From Gracilinanus agilis (Eukaryota), in contig NC_058133.1 of assembly GCF_016433145.1 (NCBI RefSeq), positions 212,644,132 to 212,708,131 of the forward strand: 64,000 bases of DNA, in the 5' to 3' direction. The translations under genes and the position numbers were made by a program. Positions 62,674 through 64,000 of this stretch are shown one piece after another. Position 1 is the first letter of the stretch; the number at the start of each line of letters is the position of its first letter. A model generated the notes under the pieces. The model was not told the origin of the DNA, searched no databases, and was given only the letters and a program-made list of their open reading frames with translations.

Positions 62674-64000
62674 CTGCAAATTGTTTTTCCCCAAAACCAA
62701 GAGGAATGAGATGTTATATGGGCATACTGAACAGGTTTATTAACCTAACGGTCTCCAAAATTGAAAGGGTGGGGTCACCCTAAAGGGCCCAAGGTGGAGG
62801 TATAGTCAACAAGATGCAGCAAGGGAAAACAATGTTGCATGCCTTCGATAGCCAGTTACAGAGTTGGCCTGCTCCCAACATCATTATTGCTTACCTGTAT
62901 TCCTCTATCCTACCTCACCCCTTCTCTACTATGTACCCTTTTGAGCCACATGTCATTACTGAGGAGAAATGAGATTTAGATCTCCACACATGCTCCTGGG
63001 AAAATGCCATAACCCCATTCACCCTATTATCTAGGGCAGTGAGCCACACAATGGGAAGGAATGGATGAATTATGAAAGACCAAATATTGCCTTTTCTTCC
63101 TCCAAACCCAGCTCTCTTCCTACTTCCCAGTTATTGTCGGCACCACCTTCTTCCTAGTCAACTTGGTTTACAACCTGGCATCCTTGGCTCCCAAGATTTC
63201 CCTCCCACTGTTATATCCAATCATTTACATACTTTGATGTTTCTACTACTTCCACATCTTTTTGATCTTTCCCTATTACCTGGACCACTGCGGCAGCCTC
63301 AAACCTTTTCCCCTCTCCAATCATCTGCCACATAAATGCTAGTGATTTTCTAAATGCTTCAGATCTGAGCATGTCAAAAGCACCCTTTCTTGATCAACTC
63401 CAATAGCTCACTTGGCCTTTGGGTTCAAATATTTCATCCATTTCACCCCCTTCTAAGATACCTATTTTTTGTGTAAGTTTCATAATGTACAATAATTGCA
63501 CATGTACATAATTTTTTACAATTAAGTGAATCTACACATACTTTGTGTGCTTAACAATTTTTTGCTGATAAGCATGAGCAATTAAAAGTTTGGAGTTCAC
63601 TGCTAACCAATCCAGAATTAAGCCTTGGGCAAGTTAAATTTTGCTCTTAATTTAGTTCAACTTAAAAGTTAGATCCATCAATTTATAATAGACTGAAGGC
63701 TGATAGCTATAGCCTTCTACTTTAAAAGATAGGCATATCTAGTAAGTTCAGAGGGGGAGGGGACAAGCTAAATCTTGATAGTTCAAGAAAAGACTTTCAA
63801 CTAAAATTCCAAATTTCTAGATGAAAGAATTCTACCCACTTTCTTAACCTAGTACAAGTTAAAGGTTAGATCTTGGTCATAAAGTTTAAATCCTCCAATA
63901 TATAGTAGACTAAAGGCTTACACCCTTCTGCTATGAAAGACAGACACATTCTGGAAAAGGGGAGCTGGAAGTCCTAACTACCAATGAGAATTACCTGGTC

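Noticed and set aside
63991-64000. gaccag|GTAATT donor-like motif on the minus strand at the window edge, possibly the end of the preceding COG1 exon
   Set aside because: Only 6 nt of putative exon are visible and DQ does not match the recalled human junction, so it cannot be supported.

Overview
AT-rich, CpG-depleted vertebrate genomic DNA from a marsupial, most likely an opossum such as Monodelphis (inferred from dense opossum-type tRNA-derived SINEs, MAR1/MIR, L1, L2 and hAT relics). There is one 238-nt N gap. By reading splice sites on both strands I reconstructed four spliced genes in the order known from human 17q25.1. CPSF4L (+, 7 coding exons, 2790-16837, 207 aa, five intact CCCH fingers). 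C17orf80/MTNAP1 (-, 4 coding exons, 30446-21645, 568 aa). FAM104A/VCF1 (+, 3 core exons, 35099-58751, with a 1-nt frameshift in exon 1 as assembled). The last five coding exons of COG1 (-, 62673-59874). C17orf80 and FAM104A share a CpG-island bidirectional promoter at about 34.8-35.4 kb. Main hunt result: the last three C17orf80 exons encode an almost complete ATP synthase subunit f (ATP5MF)-like protein with matching intron positions, and the gene lies tail-to-tail with CPSF4L just as ATP5MF lies tail-to-tail with CPSF4. This suggests an ancient duplicated two-gene block. Other observations: a ~98%-identical inverted SINE pair bracketing the giant ATG-containing C17orf80 exon, candidate cassette and poison exons in FAM104A intron 2, a COG1/FAM104A antisense overlap, and two unassigned blocks. 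All comparisons to human proteins and loci are from memory and need database confirmation. Repeat family names and repeat boundaries are approximate.
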